The translations under genes were made by a program, and so were the position numbers. From a virus, in the IMG/VR virus record IMGVR_UViG_3300043772_001024, positions 1 to 64,000 of that record: a stretch of DNA of 64,000 bases, one strand, 5' to 3'. Positions 1-9,093 of the stretch are shown here, one piece after another (positions within the stretch are counted from its first letter, which is position 1; the number at the start of each line of letters is the position of its first letter). A model generated the notes under the pieces. The model made no database searches. It saw only the letters and a program-made list of their open reading frames with translations, and had not been told where the DNA came from.

Positions 1-5
1 GGCAT

Positions 6-299
6 ATGTATGCACATGGTACCAAAAAAGGAGACTTCAGACCATTTATTTTTATATCTGAGATGAACTTATTAGTAAAGACAGGATATCTTACTGAAGA
101 TGAGAGAAAGAATCTAAATGCTATGTTGAATAGTAATGATGATGACAATGCTCACCTTACTGGATACTCTATACTTACATTAAGAGCTAAGAGGATAGAA
201 GAAATGGGTTCATGGACTCCTGAGAATGAAAAATACAAGGATGTTAACTACACTAGGGATATTATTAATCCTGAAATATTTTTAAATTATACATTATGA
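6..299 (+). CDS. Hypothetical protein, probably 5'-truncated by the window edge; carries an LxxMxxSxDxxN motif
   Basis: Frame is open to the window start; contains NLNAMLNSNDDDN; ATGA overlap with the next gene. Confidence 0.7.
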   Translation: MYAHGTKKGDFRPFIFISEMNLLVKTGYLTEDERKNLNAMLNSNDDDNAHLTGYSILTLRAKRIEEMGSWTPENEKYKDVNYTRDIINPEIFLNYTL

Positions 300-481
300 G
301 TGATTTAACATGTATTAAATGTGGAGCTCCGGCTACCAAAAGGTATAGTCCTGATCTAGACATCAAGGGTATTGGAATGTGTGCAGAGCATACAGATGAG
401 ATCATGATGGATCTTATGGTTACTCAGTTTGATAAGAAGGGTTGGGAGAAGTTTGAGAAAAAGTATATTAAAAAGAAATAA
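296..481 (+). CDS. Small putative Zn-binding protein
   Basis: CxxC...CxxH (CIKC, CAEH); translationally coupled to the upstream ORF. Confidence 0.7.
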   Translation: MSDLTCIKCGAPATKRYSPDLDIKGIGMCAEHTDEIMMDLMVTQFDKKGWEKFEKKYIKKK

Positions 482-482
482 T

Positions 483-710
483 ATGGAAGAAAAATTTATA
501 ACTGTTACCTTAAAAGAGGATCAAACACTTACTGATTGGCTTAGGGAAACATTAAAAAGCAGACTATCTAAAAGATACAAGATAGTACATTTGGCAGAAG
601 ATGCCGGTATAGACAAGTTTCAAGTGTACAGGTTCATGTATGGTAAGGAGGTCACAGGTAAGTTCTATGATAAGGTGTTTAAATACTTAACAGAAACAAA
701 AAATGAGTGA
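483..710 (+). CDS. Small HTH-like DNA-binding protein
   Basis: Likely start is ATG 483, just after the upstream stop; IVHLAEDAGIDKFQVYRFMYGK resembles an XRE/Cro helix-turn-helix. Confidence 0.6.
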   Translation: MEEKFITVTLKEDQTLTDWLRETLKSRLSKRYKIVHLAEDAGIDKFQVYRFMYGKEVTGKFYDKVFKYLTETKNE

Positions 711-954
711 GCAAGAGTTAGTTGATCTAGGTTTTGAGATGGTTCATATTATGAATCAACAAAGTGATAATGGTTATGATTATTATTATTATCAAAAAGA
801 ACTCTGCAGTGGTCTAGTCCTACACAGTACAGATAGTATTGATGTGAAAGATAACCATTGGGTGTTAAAATCATTTGAGATACCTGCTGTAGAGATAAAA
901 ACCAAAGATCACTACATGCAGTTTTTAGAAGTAATGAACAATATAATTTGCTAA
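703..954 (+). CDS. Hypothetical phage protein
   Basis: Compact ORF in the operon; N-terminal EQELVDLGF. Confidence 0.65.
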   Translation: MSEQELVDLGFEMVHIMNQQSDNGYDYYYYQKELCSGLVLHSTDSIDVKDNHWVLKSFEIPAVEIKTKDHYMQFLEVMNNIIC

Positions 955-956
955 TT

Positions 957-1310
957 ATGTTTAGTGGTAAGTTTATAAAAAAAGATGGTAAATTAACTTA
1001 TGCCAGTCCTCAAGATAAGCTTGCTTATGATATGTTTCTAAGCAAGCTTGAAGATGGGCAAATAGTAGATATGTATATTGATCTTGCTAGTGCAGATCAT
1101 AGTAAAGCTCAGTTGGCTAAAGTACATGCCTGTATCCGGGAACTTGCAAAGGAGTCCGGTTATACATTTGATGAGATGAAAATTGTGGTGAAACAAGCAT
1201 CTGGACTTGAAGATAAGTCCTTTGCTGATTGTAGTAAAGATGAATTGATGCTAGCTATTGAAGCTTGTATACAGATAGGTAGAGAGAACTATAATGTTAA
1301 TCTTGCGTAG
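957..1310 (+). CDS. Hypothetical protein, NinB/DUF1367-like
   Basis: HSKAQLAKVHACIRELAKESGYTFDEMK and the SFADCSKDELM pattern resemble NinB-like proteins; likely start ATG 957. Confidence 0.5.
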   Translation: MFSGKFIKKDGKLTYASPQDKLAYDMFLSKLEDGQIVDMYIDLASADHSKAQLAKVHACIRELAKESGYTFDEMKIVVKQASGLEDKSFADCSKDELMLAIEACIQIGRENYNVNLA

Positions 1311-1617
1311 GTTTTTTGTCTTCTCCTCCTTCAATTTCAATTTCTTTTATGTCAAAAAGTTCTTTTTCACCAGCCTGTCTTTCAATCTCAGCTAAAAGAA
1401 GTAACATGGTTTTAAATGCTGCCTCATGCTCAGTGTGTGGCTCATTTTCAGCTTCAGCAGACATTACTTTTTTAATCAATGCTTCATATTTTTCTTGATC
1501 TTTTTCTTGTTTAAATATGTAAAGCATTGTAGCCTTAAGCATCAAATAGAAATTTTTATTTAGCTTGATGTCTATAACAGCATCATTTTTAATCTCCCTT
1601 ACTTTAATAGTACTCAT
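1297..1617 (-). CDS. Hypothetical protein (106 aa) on the strand opposite to the replication arm
   Basis: MSTIKVREIK start at 1617; fills the gap between + strand genes; protein-like composition. Confidence 0.7.
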   Translation of the reverse strand: MSTIKVREIKNDAVIDIKLNKNFYLMLKATMLYIFKQEKDQEKYEALIKKVMSAEAENEPHTEHEAAFKTMLLLLAEIERQAGEKELFDIKEIEIEGGEDKKPTQD

Positions 1618-1632
1618 AGTATTAATTTTAAA

Positions 1633-1640
1633 CAAAAATA
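1633..1640 (-). promoter_or_regulatory. Candidate Bacteroidota -7 promoter element for the 1297-1617 gene
   Basis: TATTTTTG matches TAnnTTTG 15 nt upstream of the start; no clear -33 TTG. Confidence 0.3.
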
Positions 1641-1648
1641 AACAAAAA

Positions 1649-2347
1649 ATGGATTTACAGGAAATTAAACAAAAAATGTTTATCAAACTTGAACCTAGTG
1701 GTTGGGACAGAGTTTTTAAATCTTTTATATTTAGCTCTGACTTTGATGAGATACTAACTAGGTTATATACACTAAGTCAAGCTGATAAAAGGTTTACTCC
1801 ACCATTGAAACAGGTGTTTAGAGCATTTGAAGAGTGTCCTTATGATAAACTAAAAGTAGTTTTTATAGGACAAGATCCTTACCCGGGTTTGGGACATGCT
1901 GATGGTATATCATTTAGCTGTAGTAATACAGGTAAAGCACAACCAAGTCTTAGATTTATTTTAGAAGAAGTAAACAGAACTGTTTATAATGGACATGTAG
2001 CAAGTGAAGATGTGGATTTGACTAGATGGTCTAACCAAGGTATACTTATGCTTAATACAGCTCTTACAACTGAAGTAGGAAAGATTGGAAAGCATTATGA
2101 TATCTGGCAGAAATTTACAGCATATCTGCTTGATTGGCTTAATAGTTACAACTCAGGACTTATTTATGTATACATGGGTAAAAAAGCTGAAGAATGGTCA
2201 GATTTTACTACTAATACAGACTATAAATTCATGGTAAAGCATCCGGCAAGTGCAGCATATAATGGATCCAAATGGGATTCAGATAATTTATTTATTAAAA
2301 TATCTACAGTAGTAACAAATACAACTGGTGAAATAATAACTTGGTAA
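1649..2347 (+). CDS. ung: Uracil-DNA glycosylase (family 1)
   Basis: KVVFIGQDPY, GISFS, PSL, WSNQGILMLNTALT and HP motifs; likely start ATG 1649. Confidence 0.95.
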   Translation: MDLQEIKQKMFIKLEPSGWDRVFKSFIFSSDFDEILTRLYTLSQADKRFTPPLKQVFRAFEECPYDKLKVVFIGQDPYPGLGHADGISFSCSNTGKAQPSLRFILEEVNRTVYNGHVASEDVDLTRWSNQGILMLNTALTTEVGKIGKHYDIWQKFTAYLLDWLNSYNSGLIYVYMGKKAEEWSDFTTNTDYKFMVKHPASAAYNGSKWDSDNLFIKISTVVTNTTGEIITW

Positions 2348-2348
2348 T

Positions 2349-2936
2349 ATGACAGATATATTTACAAGACTAATTCAAGAGGGATTAGCACCAAATACTT
2401 ATTATGTATTGCACTGTATAAAAGAGAAGATTGTTCCAAATAAGTTTGTGAATAAAGAACTTGAGTGCAAAAGGCTGCAAACGGACAATTGGTTGACTCA
2501 AAACTTGGAATTAACAAGTAAAAGTCTTATCTTTATGGAAGAAATCAATGGCTATTTCAAAAGAACCAAGAAGAAAACTTCACAAGATTTAATGGGCAGT
2601 AACTTTATTGCAAGTATAGAGGCATATGTAGAAATATTTCCTAATAAGAAGCTATCCTCTGGTAAATATGCTAGGGTAAATGCCAAGAATCTAGAAGCTC
2701 CATTTAGATGGTTCTTTGAAACATATGATTATGATTGGGAAACCGTCCTTAAAGCTACAGAAAAGTATGTTGATGAATTTAGTATAAGAAGGTATGAGTT
2801 TATGAGGACTGCACAATATTTTATTAGGAAGCAGAACATAGACAAGACCTTTGAGTCTGACCTAGCAACTTACTGTGAAATTATTAGGAATGGTGATGAT
2901 GAAGAACAAGTATATTTTAGTGAGAAAGTAGTATGA
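2349..2936 (+). CDS. Putative replication initiator/helicase loader-like protein
   Basis: Lies upstream of DnaB; EIFP...YVD...FMRTAQYFI pattern; function inferred mainly from position. Confidence 0.45.
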   Translation: MTDIFTRLIQEGLAPNTYYVLHCIKEKIVPNKFVNKELECKRLQTDNWLTQNLELTSKSLIFMEEINGYFKRTKKKTSQDLMGSNFIASIEAYVEIFPNKKLSSGKYARVNAKNLEAPFRWFFETYDYDWETVLKATEKYVDEFSIRRYEFMRTAQYFIRKQNIDKTFESDLATYCEIIRNGDDEEQVYFSEKVV

Positions 2937-3109
2937 CAAACTTAAAGTTATTAATGATTGCTGTTGTGGGGTCTTTGTTTTGTTTTACTGTGATTGATTT
3001 CTTTATTGTAGAGATCAAGTTTGGGCAATACTTAATAATTGAACTACTGATGGCAATTATACATGGTTTTTATAACTATGTTAAGAACAAATATTTAACT
3101 AATACATAA
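2933..3109 (+). CDS. Small membrane protein (58 aa, two hydrophobic segments); not in the ORF track
   Basis: MTNLKLLMIAVVGSLFCFTVIDFFIVEIKFGQYLIIELLMAIIHGFYNYVKNKYLTNT; ATGA overlap with the upstream stop; ends 5 nt before dnaB. Confidence 0.7.
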   Translation: MTNLKLLMIAVVGSLFCFTVIDFFIVEIKFGQYLIIELLMAIIHGFYNYVKNKYLTNT

Positions 3110-3114
3110 TAAAC

Positions 3115-4140
3115 ATGGCAGAATTATTTAATGGTGCACAAGCACTACAACCTGTAAGTGAAAGAGATGCTTTACACAAAGCATTAGCAAAGATTGCGGC
3201 TAGAAGCCGGGGAGATATTAAATCTTTAAGAAGTGCTTGGCCCAAATTTAATGATGCCTTTTGTGATGGATTAGAGTGGAGAACTATCACTGTAGTAGGT
3301 GCTAGACCTGGAACAGGTAAGACTTTGTTTATGGAACAGTTGATTAGTGATATTATACAAAATAATGCTGATCAAAGATTCCGGGTATTAAAGTTTCAGA
3401 TGGAAATGGTTGAAGAAACCAGTGGTGTAAGAAAGCTTAGTTTAAACACAGGTGCTGATTACAATACTCTTATGAGTAAAGGTAAAAAGATTGCTAAAGA
3501 TCTTTTTGAAAAATGTAAACAGTATTATGATAATACAGCTCATAAAGACATTATAGATGTAGTTTATGATGCATGTACTGTAGATGAAATGTGTGCCACA
3601 GTACATTACCAAATGCAAAAACACTCTAAAATGATTGTTGATGCAGATGGTAATCAGAAGACTGAGTACACTAATATGTTGGTAGCAATAGATCATTCAG
3701 CTTTATTTAAGAATGGTAAGGGACAAAAAGATAAATTTGAAATGTTAGGAGCTCTAGGTGAAGCACTCACTATGTTAAAGAAGAAGTATCCAGTAGCTTT
3801 TGTAGTCCTCAGCCAGTTGAATAGAAACATAGATGATCCTAAGAGAGCTGTAGATGCTGATTATGGTAATTATGTACTAGATTCAGATATCTATGGTTCC
3901 GATGCATTGTTACAACATGCTGATGTTGTCTTGGGTATTAATAAACCTTCTCTAAGAAAAATAAGACAGTATGGGCCTGACAGATATATTATAAATGATG
4001 AAGACATCTTGGTCTTTCACTTTTTAAAGTCTAGGAATGGTACCACAAGGATAAGTTTCTTTAAACTTGATAGAGAGGTGATGAGGATAATAGAGATACC
4101 TACTCCAGCATGTGCAACTAAAAAAGTATCAACACAGTAA
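3115..4140 (+). CDS. dnaB: DnaB-like replicative helicase (SF4, C-terminal domain type)
   Basis: Walker A GARPGTGKT, FQMEM, IDH, LSQLNR, GSDALLQHAD and KSRNG motifs. Confidence 0.92.
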   Translation: MAELFNGAQALQPVSERDALHKALAKIAARSRGDIKSLRSAWPKFNDAFCDGLEWRTITVVGARPGTGKTLFMEQLISDIIQNNADQRFRVLKFQMEMVEETSGVRKLSLNTGADYNTLMSKGKKIAKDLFEKCKQYYDNTAHKDIIDVVYDACTVDEMCATVHYQMQKHSKMIVDADGNQKTEYTNMLVAIDHSALFKNGKGQKDKFEMLGALGEALTMLKKKYPVAFVVLSQLNRNIDDPKRAVDADYGNYVLDSDIYGSDALLQHADVVLGINKPSLRKIRQYGPDRYIINDEDILVFHFLKSRNGTTRISFFKLDREVMRIIEIPTPACATKKVSTQ

Positions 4141-4149
4141 ATTTTAATT

Positions 4150-4818
4150 ATGAATATAAGAAAAGAAAAAGAGAAAGAGTTCTTTGTTAAGCACATGGAC
4201 ACTTTTAAGAAACTAGGGTTAGTTGACCCGTTTTTTATTATTAAAACTGCATTTTTCCAGAAAGGTAAGTATGGAAGACAAGTACAATTATTTGAGTCTG
4301 AAATTAGTAAGGGTGAGGACATCTACATGGAGTTCTATGACAATGTAAATGATGACAAGGGTAATCTTGTTGATGTTGTTCCCTTCAGTGAGGATAGACA
4401 GCTTTTTAAATACAAAGCTAATCCATTCTATGCTGAGGAGTATGACATCAAAGAGGGTAGTAACTTTAAAGGTGAGCCTTATATATTGTATACTGTTCCT
4501 TTGTCAGAGTTAGTAGCTGTACTAGATGATGGTACGGAGATTACCTATGCTCTGTATGAGAAGAGAAAAGAAGATGTTAAGAAAGAGGAGTCATTACCTA
4601 AACTCCAAAAGAGTTTATCATTGTTTCCTGACTTTGAAGAGGAGTTTCCTAGGAAAGAGAATGAGCTGTCACTAGATGAGGTTTATAATACAGAGATTGC
4701 AGATGCACCATTATCTGAAATGACTATCAGAGATTTTGCAGCAATTATGTTGATGAAACCAATAAGTGCAAGCCCATGGTTGAATGATATCATTAGACAA
4801 ACAAAAAGTGAGATATGA
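4150..4818 (+). CDS. Hypothetical replication-region protein
   Basis: Long ORF in the operon; C-terminal MTIRDFAA segment. Confidence 0.75.
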   Translation: MNIRKEKEKEFFVKHMDTFKKLGLVDPFFIIKTAFFQKGKYGRQVQLFESEISKGEDIYMEFYDNVNDDKGNLVDVVPFSEDRQLFKYKANPFYAEEYDIKEGSNFKGEPYILYTVPLSELVAVLDDGTEITYALYEKRKEDVKKEESLPKLQKSLSLFPDFEEEFPRKENELSLDEVYNTEIADAPLSEMTIRDFAAIMLMKPISASPWLNDIIRQTKSEI

Positions 4819-5537
4819 GTATAGTACTTCCTACAAGTAAAGTAAAGGCTGAAAGACAGAATCCAAAGAGAATGATTATTTATTCTAAGCCTAAGACTGG
4901 TAAAACAACTGCTTATGCCGGTCTTGAAAATAATTTAATCCTAGATTTGGAGAATGGTTCTGATTATGTTGAGGCACTTAAAGTAAAGATCAATAATTTA
5001 CAAGAGTTATTAGATGCTGGTAAAGCTATCAAGGCTGCTGGTAATCCATATAAGGTTGTTACTATTGATACTGTAACTGCATTAGAAGAAATGATACAAC
5101 CGCTTGCTGTTAAGCTTTATCGCGGAACCAGCATGGGTAAAAACTATGATGGAGACAATGTAACTTCACTACCAAATGGTGCTGGTTATTTATATATCCG
5201 TCAAGCATTCTTTCAAGTATTAGATTTTATTGATACCTTAGCTCCCCATATTATTTTATCTGGTCATATTAAAGACAAGGTAGTTGATGATAAGGGAGAG
5301 ATGGTTATGTCTGCAAACATTGATTTGACAGGTAAAATAAAGTCTCTTATTTGTGCTAATGCAGATGCTATTGGTTACATGTATAGAAAAGGTAACAAAA
5401 CTATTTTGAGTTTTAAAACTAATGAGGAGGTTACTTGTGGTGCAAGACCTGAGCATCTCCGTAATGAAGAAATAGTAGTTACTGAGATGAATGAAAAGGG
5501 TGAACTAGAGTTTCACTGGGATAAAATTTATGTATAA
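4815..5537 (+). CDS. AAA_24 / Sak4-like P-loop ATPase
   Basis: YSKPKTGKTT, LDLENG, IDTVT and SGH motifs; lies next to an SSB-like gene. Confidence 0.85.
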   Translation: MSIVLPTSKVKAERQNPKRMIIYSKPKTGKTTAYAGLENNLILDLENGSDYVEALKVKINNLQELLDAGKAIKAAGNPYKVVTIDTVTALEEMIQPLAVKLYRGTSMGKNYDGDNVTSLPNGAGYLYIRQAFFQVLDFIDTLAPHIILSGHIKDKVVDDKGEMVMSANIDLTGKIKSLICANADAIGYMYRKGNKTILSFKTNEEVTCGARPEHLRNEEIVVTEMNEKGELEFHWDKIYV

Positions 5538-5559
5538 TAACAAATAAAATAGAAACAAA

Positions 5560-6240
5560 ATGGGATTAAGTACAACTGACTTAGGAACAGGTGGTAATGG
5601 ACTACCTAAAACAATTTCTCCAGGGAATCATGTGTTAAAGATTAACATGATAGATTTGGAAGACTTCAAATTTATTGATGGTGCAAAGCATTTGATTTTG
5701 CATGTTGAAACAGAACCAATTGCCGGCTTTGAGGGTTTTGCTCTGGACAAAGATAATCCTGAGAAGGGTCATTATGATGGTCAAATTGGTAGAATTAAAG
5801 CTAGCCAGTATGCATTTGCAGATGGTGAAACTAAAACTGGTATTAAGATCCAAAGAGATAGATCTATTCTAATTTTCTTACAGAGTCTTTGTAAAACTTT
5901 TGGTGTAAATGAGTGGTTTACTGAACAAGATGGTAAGCATGATACTATTGAAGACTTTGTGGATGCATTTAATGCAAGTGCACCTATCAAAGACAAGTAT
6001 CTTGAGTTCTGTGTTGCCGGTAGAGAGTATGAAGGTAAAACCGGTTATACTAACTATGACATGTGGTTGCCAAAATCAGAGAATAGAAAATATTCATTTG
6101 GTGAGATAGAGGAAGGAAAAGTTATTACTTTTGATGAATCTAAACATTTGAAAAAATTAGAGACAAAAGAAGTAAAAAGCTTTGGAGATGATGAGTTCAC
6201 AACTCCACCTAAAACATCTTCTGACTTCAGCCTAGACTAA
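5560..6240 (+). CDS. Putative single-stranded DNA-binding protein
   Basis: Follows the Sak4-like ATPase and precedes primase; beta-rich core with an acidic tail (GDDEF...SDFSLD). Confidence 0.55.
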   Translation: MGLSTTDLGTGGNGLPKTISPGNHVLKINMIDLEDFKFIDGAKHLILHVETEPIAGFEGFALDKDNPEKGHYDGQIGRIKASQYAFADGETKTGIKIQRDRSILIFLQSLCKTFGVNEWFTEQDGKHDTIEDFVDAFNASAPIKDKYLEFCVAGREYEGKTGYTNYDMWLPKSENRKYSFGEIEEGKVITFDESKHLKKLETKEVKSFGDDEFTTPPKTSSDFSLD

Positions 6241-6247
6241 TAGTTAT

Positions 6248-6281
6248 AGGGGGAGTTAGAAATGGCTTCCCCTTAATTTTT
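6248..6281 (+). terminator. Stem-loop with GAAA loop; weak terminator or processing hairpin
   Basis: AGGGGGAGTTA-GAAA-TGGCTTCCCCT followed by TAATTTTT. Confidence 0.6.
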
Positions 6282-6293
6282 AAACTAGGTAGT

Positions 6294-7283
6294 ATGATTT
6301 CAACAAAAAATTTAATTACTGAAATTGAGCAGGTTCCAAAAGAGTGGATCTTTGAATATTATCTGAATCTAAAAGAGAAACTAACAGGTCAGGATGTAAA
6401 GATGCTATCTGCATTTAATTCAAAGGACAAGGTTCCCTCCATGTTTGTATATTTTGATGTTAACTATTCATCATATAAGTTCAAGGACTTTTCATCTGGT
6501 TATCAGGGAGATGGTATTGAGATGGTAAAGTATCTCTTTAACATGCCGTCAGCTGGTCATGCAATAAACAAAATAATTCTAGATTATCAACAGTTTCTTA
6601 CAAACAATGATGTGTATGTTGCAGAGCCTACTATGTTCCATGATAAGTATAAGGTTGTGGATTATGAAATGAGGCACTGGAATAACTTTGATCAGAATTA
6701 TTGGATGCGGTTTAAGATTGGGTCATCCATGCTTGATAGATATAATGTAGTTCCATTGTCTTTCTTTACTATGAGTAAGAGTGAAGCTGATGGTAGTATC
6801 ACATCTCATACATTTAGGAAGTCCCATACATATGGTTACTTTAGGAATGATGGTAGTTTGTACAAGATATATATGCCAAAGAGTACTCAGAAAAAGTTTA
6901 TCAAGGTTGAGAATTATATTCAGGGCACAGATCAGTTACTATATAACTGTAAGTATCTGGTTATTACTTCATCACTTAAGGATCTAATGGCTTTTAATAA
7001 GCTAGGTATTAGTAATATTGAAGCAATTGCTCCGGACAGTGAGAATACTATGATTGGAGAAAAGGTTATTGGAGAACTGAAGCTTAAGTATAACAAGATT
7101 GTTGTTTTGTTTGACAATGATGAGCCCGGTATTAAAGCTGCTGAAAGATACAAAGACAAGTATGGATTTAGCTATATACTGCTACCAATGGAAAAAGATC
7201 TATCAGATTCAGTAAAAGAACATGGTATAGATAAAGTTAGAGAAGTGTTATTCCCATTATTAAAACAAGCATTATGTATTTAG
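6294..7283 (+). CDS. DNA primase (TOPRIM, crAss-like, no CxxH Zn finger)
   Basis: ITSSLKD, FDNDEPG and KDLSD TOPRIM motifs. Confidence 0.88.
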   Translation: MISTKNLITEIEQVPKEWIFEYYLNLKEKLTGQDVKMLSAFNSKDKVPSMFVYFDVNYSSYKFKDFSSGYQGDGIEMVKYLFNMPSAGHAINKIILDYQQFLTNNDVYVAEPTMFHDKYKVVDYEMRHWNNFDQNYWMRFKIGSSMLDRYNVVPLSFFTMSKSEADGSITSHTFRKSHTYGYFRNDGSLYKIYMPKSTQKKFIKVENYIQGTDQLLYNCKYLVITSSLKDLMAFNKLGISNIEAIAPDSENTMIGEKVIGELKLKYNKIVVLFDNDEPGIKAAERYKDKYGFSYILLPMEKDLSDSVKEHGIDKVREVLFPLLKQALCI

Positions 7284-7603
7284 AAAGAACAATGGATGAA
7301 CTTGAGAGGAATCTTGATAATGTTAATAGTTATTTTGTTGACTTAAGAGACCAAGTTGAGAGAGAATTAAAAGATTACAATGATGAAATAGCTGAACTTA
7401 AAGATGAGATATCTACACTTGAAGCACAAAATATACTTCTTGAAGAACAGTTAGAAGATCTTAAAAAAGAAAATGCTATGTTTCAACTTGAGTTAGCTGA
7501 AATAACAATCCATTACTTACACCATAAAGGTGAAAATGAAGTTTTTAAAAGTAAATTAATACACATGCAACGTGAGCTGGATTTATCAAGGAAAAGAATT
7601 TAA
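7274..7603 (+). CDS. Coiled-coil protein
   Basis: Heptad repeats rich in L/E/K. Confidence 0.65.
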   Translation: MYLERTMDELERNLDNVNSYFVDLRDQVERELKDYNDEIAELKDEISTLEAQNILLEEQLEDLKKENAMFQLELAEITIHYLHHKGENEVFKSKLIHMQRELDLSRKRI

Positions 7604-7997
7604 TGAAGGTGACATACCTCAAGGAGGTGTAGGATTTATTTATATTATGACCGCTATCATAGATGGTAAGTCTGTTGCATACATTGGTAAGAAGAACTTC
7701 TTTGCCAATATTAAAAGACCTCTAGGTAAAAAAGCTCTAGCAATGTCCACGGACAAGAGACTTAAAAAGTACAAGAGGGAATTAAAACCAGATTTTATGA
7801 ACTATTACAGTAGTAATAAAATGCTAAAGGAAGCTCACAAAGCTGGAGTACCAATCAAAAGAGAAATTCTTGTGATTTGTTCTACCCAGATGGAGCTGAC
7901 ATATCAAGAAGTAAAGCACCAGTTTCAATATGAGGTGCTTGAGAAAGATGAGTATTTAAACGGGAACATTCTAGGAAGGTTCTATAAAACAAAGTAA
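7572..7997 (+). CDS. GIY-YIG family endonuclease
   Basis: GFIY...YIGKK, YYSS, conserved E and terminal N; GTG start. Confidence 0.8.
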   Translation: MSWIYQGKEFNEGDIPQGGVGFIYIMTAIIDGKSVAYIGKKNFFANIKRPLGKKALAMSTDKRLKKYKRELKPDFMNYYSSNKMLKEAHKAGVPIKREILVICSTQMELTYQEVKHQFQYEVLEKDEYLNGNILGRFYKTK

Positions 7998-7999
7998 TT

Positions 8000-8266
8000 A
8001 TGAAAAAACTATTTATTTGTCTTGGCTTAGTAGCCTTGACTCTAACAGCATGTACTGAAAATTCAAGAGTAAAAGCTTGGGGTGGTGAAGGAACAATTGA
8101 TATACCTAAAGGAAGAAAGTTAGTAAATGTAACTTGGAAAGAAGCAGAAATTTGGTATTTGACAAGACCAATGGATTCTAGTGATGTAGCTGAAACATAT
8201 AGATTTCAAGAGCAATCATCATGGGGTATGATTGAAGGTGTGTATAACATTGTAGAAAGTAAATAA
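8000..8266 (+). CDS. Lipoprotein
   Basis: MKK plus a hydrophobic stretch and an LTAC lipobox. Confidence 0.8.
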   Translation: MKKLFICLGLVALTLTACTENSRVKAWGGEGTIDIPKGRKLVNVTWKEAEIWYLTRPMDSSDVAETYRFQEQSSWGMIEGVYNIVESK

Positions 8267-8268
8267 TC

Positions 8269-8661
8269 ATGACAGAAGTTGAATTGACAACTTTGATGTA
8301 TAAATTAAATGACCGGGGTATTAAATTAATTAAAATTGAATACAATGGTGAAGGTGGTGATGGTGACATCTTTGGTATTGTATATTCTAAATTACTTGAT
8401 GCTAATGATAAGTTTAAAGCTCCTTGGAATGCTGCATCTCTAATGGATGTGGATACTAAACTTCATATGGAAGTTGAGGAACTTGCAATAAATATTTTAA
8501 ATATGCACTATTCTGATTGGACATATGAAAAAGGTTCTTATGGCTTTATTGGTATGCTTGTGCCTACTGGTGAATATGAGATTGAACATTCTGAAAGAGT
8601 TATAAATGTAAATATGTCAGATATGACATCTAATATTTTTAAAGACCAAATAACAAATTAA
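8269..8661 (+). CDS. Hypothetical protein (DUF6878-like)
   Basis: YNGEGGDGDI and DWTYEKGSYG pattern; family name recalled, not searched. Confidence 0.6.
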   Translation: MTEVELTTLMYKLNDRGIKLIKIEYNGEGGDGDIFGIVYSKLLDANDKFKAPWNAASLMDVDTKLHMEVEELAINILNMHYSDWTYEKGSYGFIGMLVPTGEYEIEHSERVINVNMSDMTSNIFKDQITN

Positions 8662-8673
8662 AATTGAAGACTA

Positions 8674-9093
8674 ATGAGTAAAATAATTTTTGACAAAGAA
8701 GAAACAAGAAATTTATTAAACATGTTACAATCCTCTGATAAAGAGAATCATATTGTAGCATTTCAGGCATTGAAGAATGTTGATGTAGATAAATACATAG
8801 GAGAGTTACTTGTAATGTATAAGTTCTCTGGTGTACCAAAGTCTGACTGGTCTGAGGCTGGAAAGAAGATACATAGCAAACTAGTAAGTATAGTTGGAGA
8901 AAGTAATCTTAGTAGTCCAAGAACTCTTAGTCTTATTACAGCTCAGAAGGGTTCTAAGACTTCAGTAGAGTTGTTTATGGAATATTTTGTCAGAGATATG
9001 ACAAGTATGTTGGAACAAATTGGGTATCCAACAGATAGTTTTGAAATAAACATTAAACTAAAAGACAATGGACAAACAACAGAGTCTAAGTAA
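8674..9093 (+). CDS. Hypothetical protein with an LxxMxxSxDxxN motif, directly upstream of the VWA-peptidase
   Basis: NLLNMLQSSDKENHIVA; overlaps the next gene. Confidence 0.75.
   Translation: MSKIIFDKEETRNLLNMLQSSDKENHIVAFQALKNVDVDKYIGELLVMYKFSGVPKSDWSEAGKKIHSKLVSIVGESNLSSPRTLSLITAQKGSKTSVELFMEYFVRDMTSMLEQIGYPTDSFEINIKLKDNGQTTESK

Noticed and set aside
2505-2535. Promoter-like TTG-N20-TATCTTTA inside the putative initiator gene
   Set aside because: It mismatches TAnnTTTG and lies mid-gene; plausible by chance in AT-rich DNA.
7572-7997. GIY-YIG gene as a mobile homing endonuclease
   Set aside because: It has only the catalytic domain, with no DNA-binding extension or intron context, so it is kept as an ordinary nuclease.
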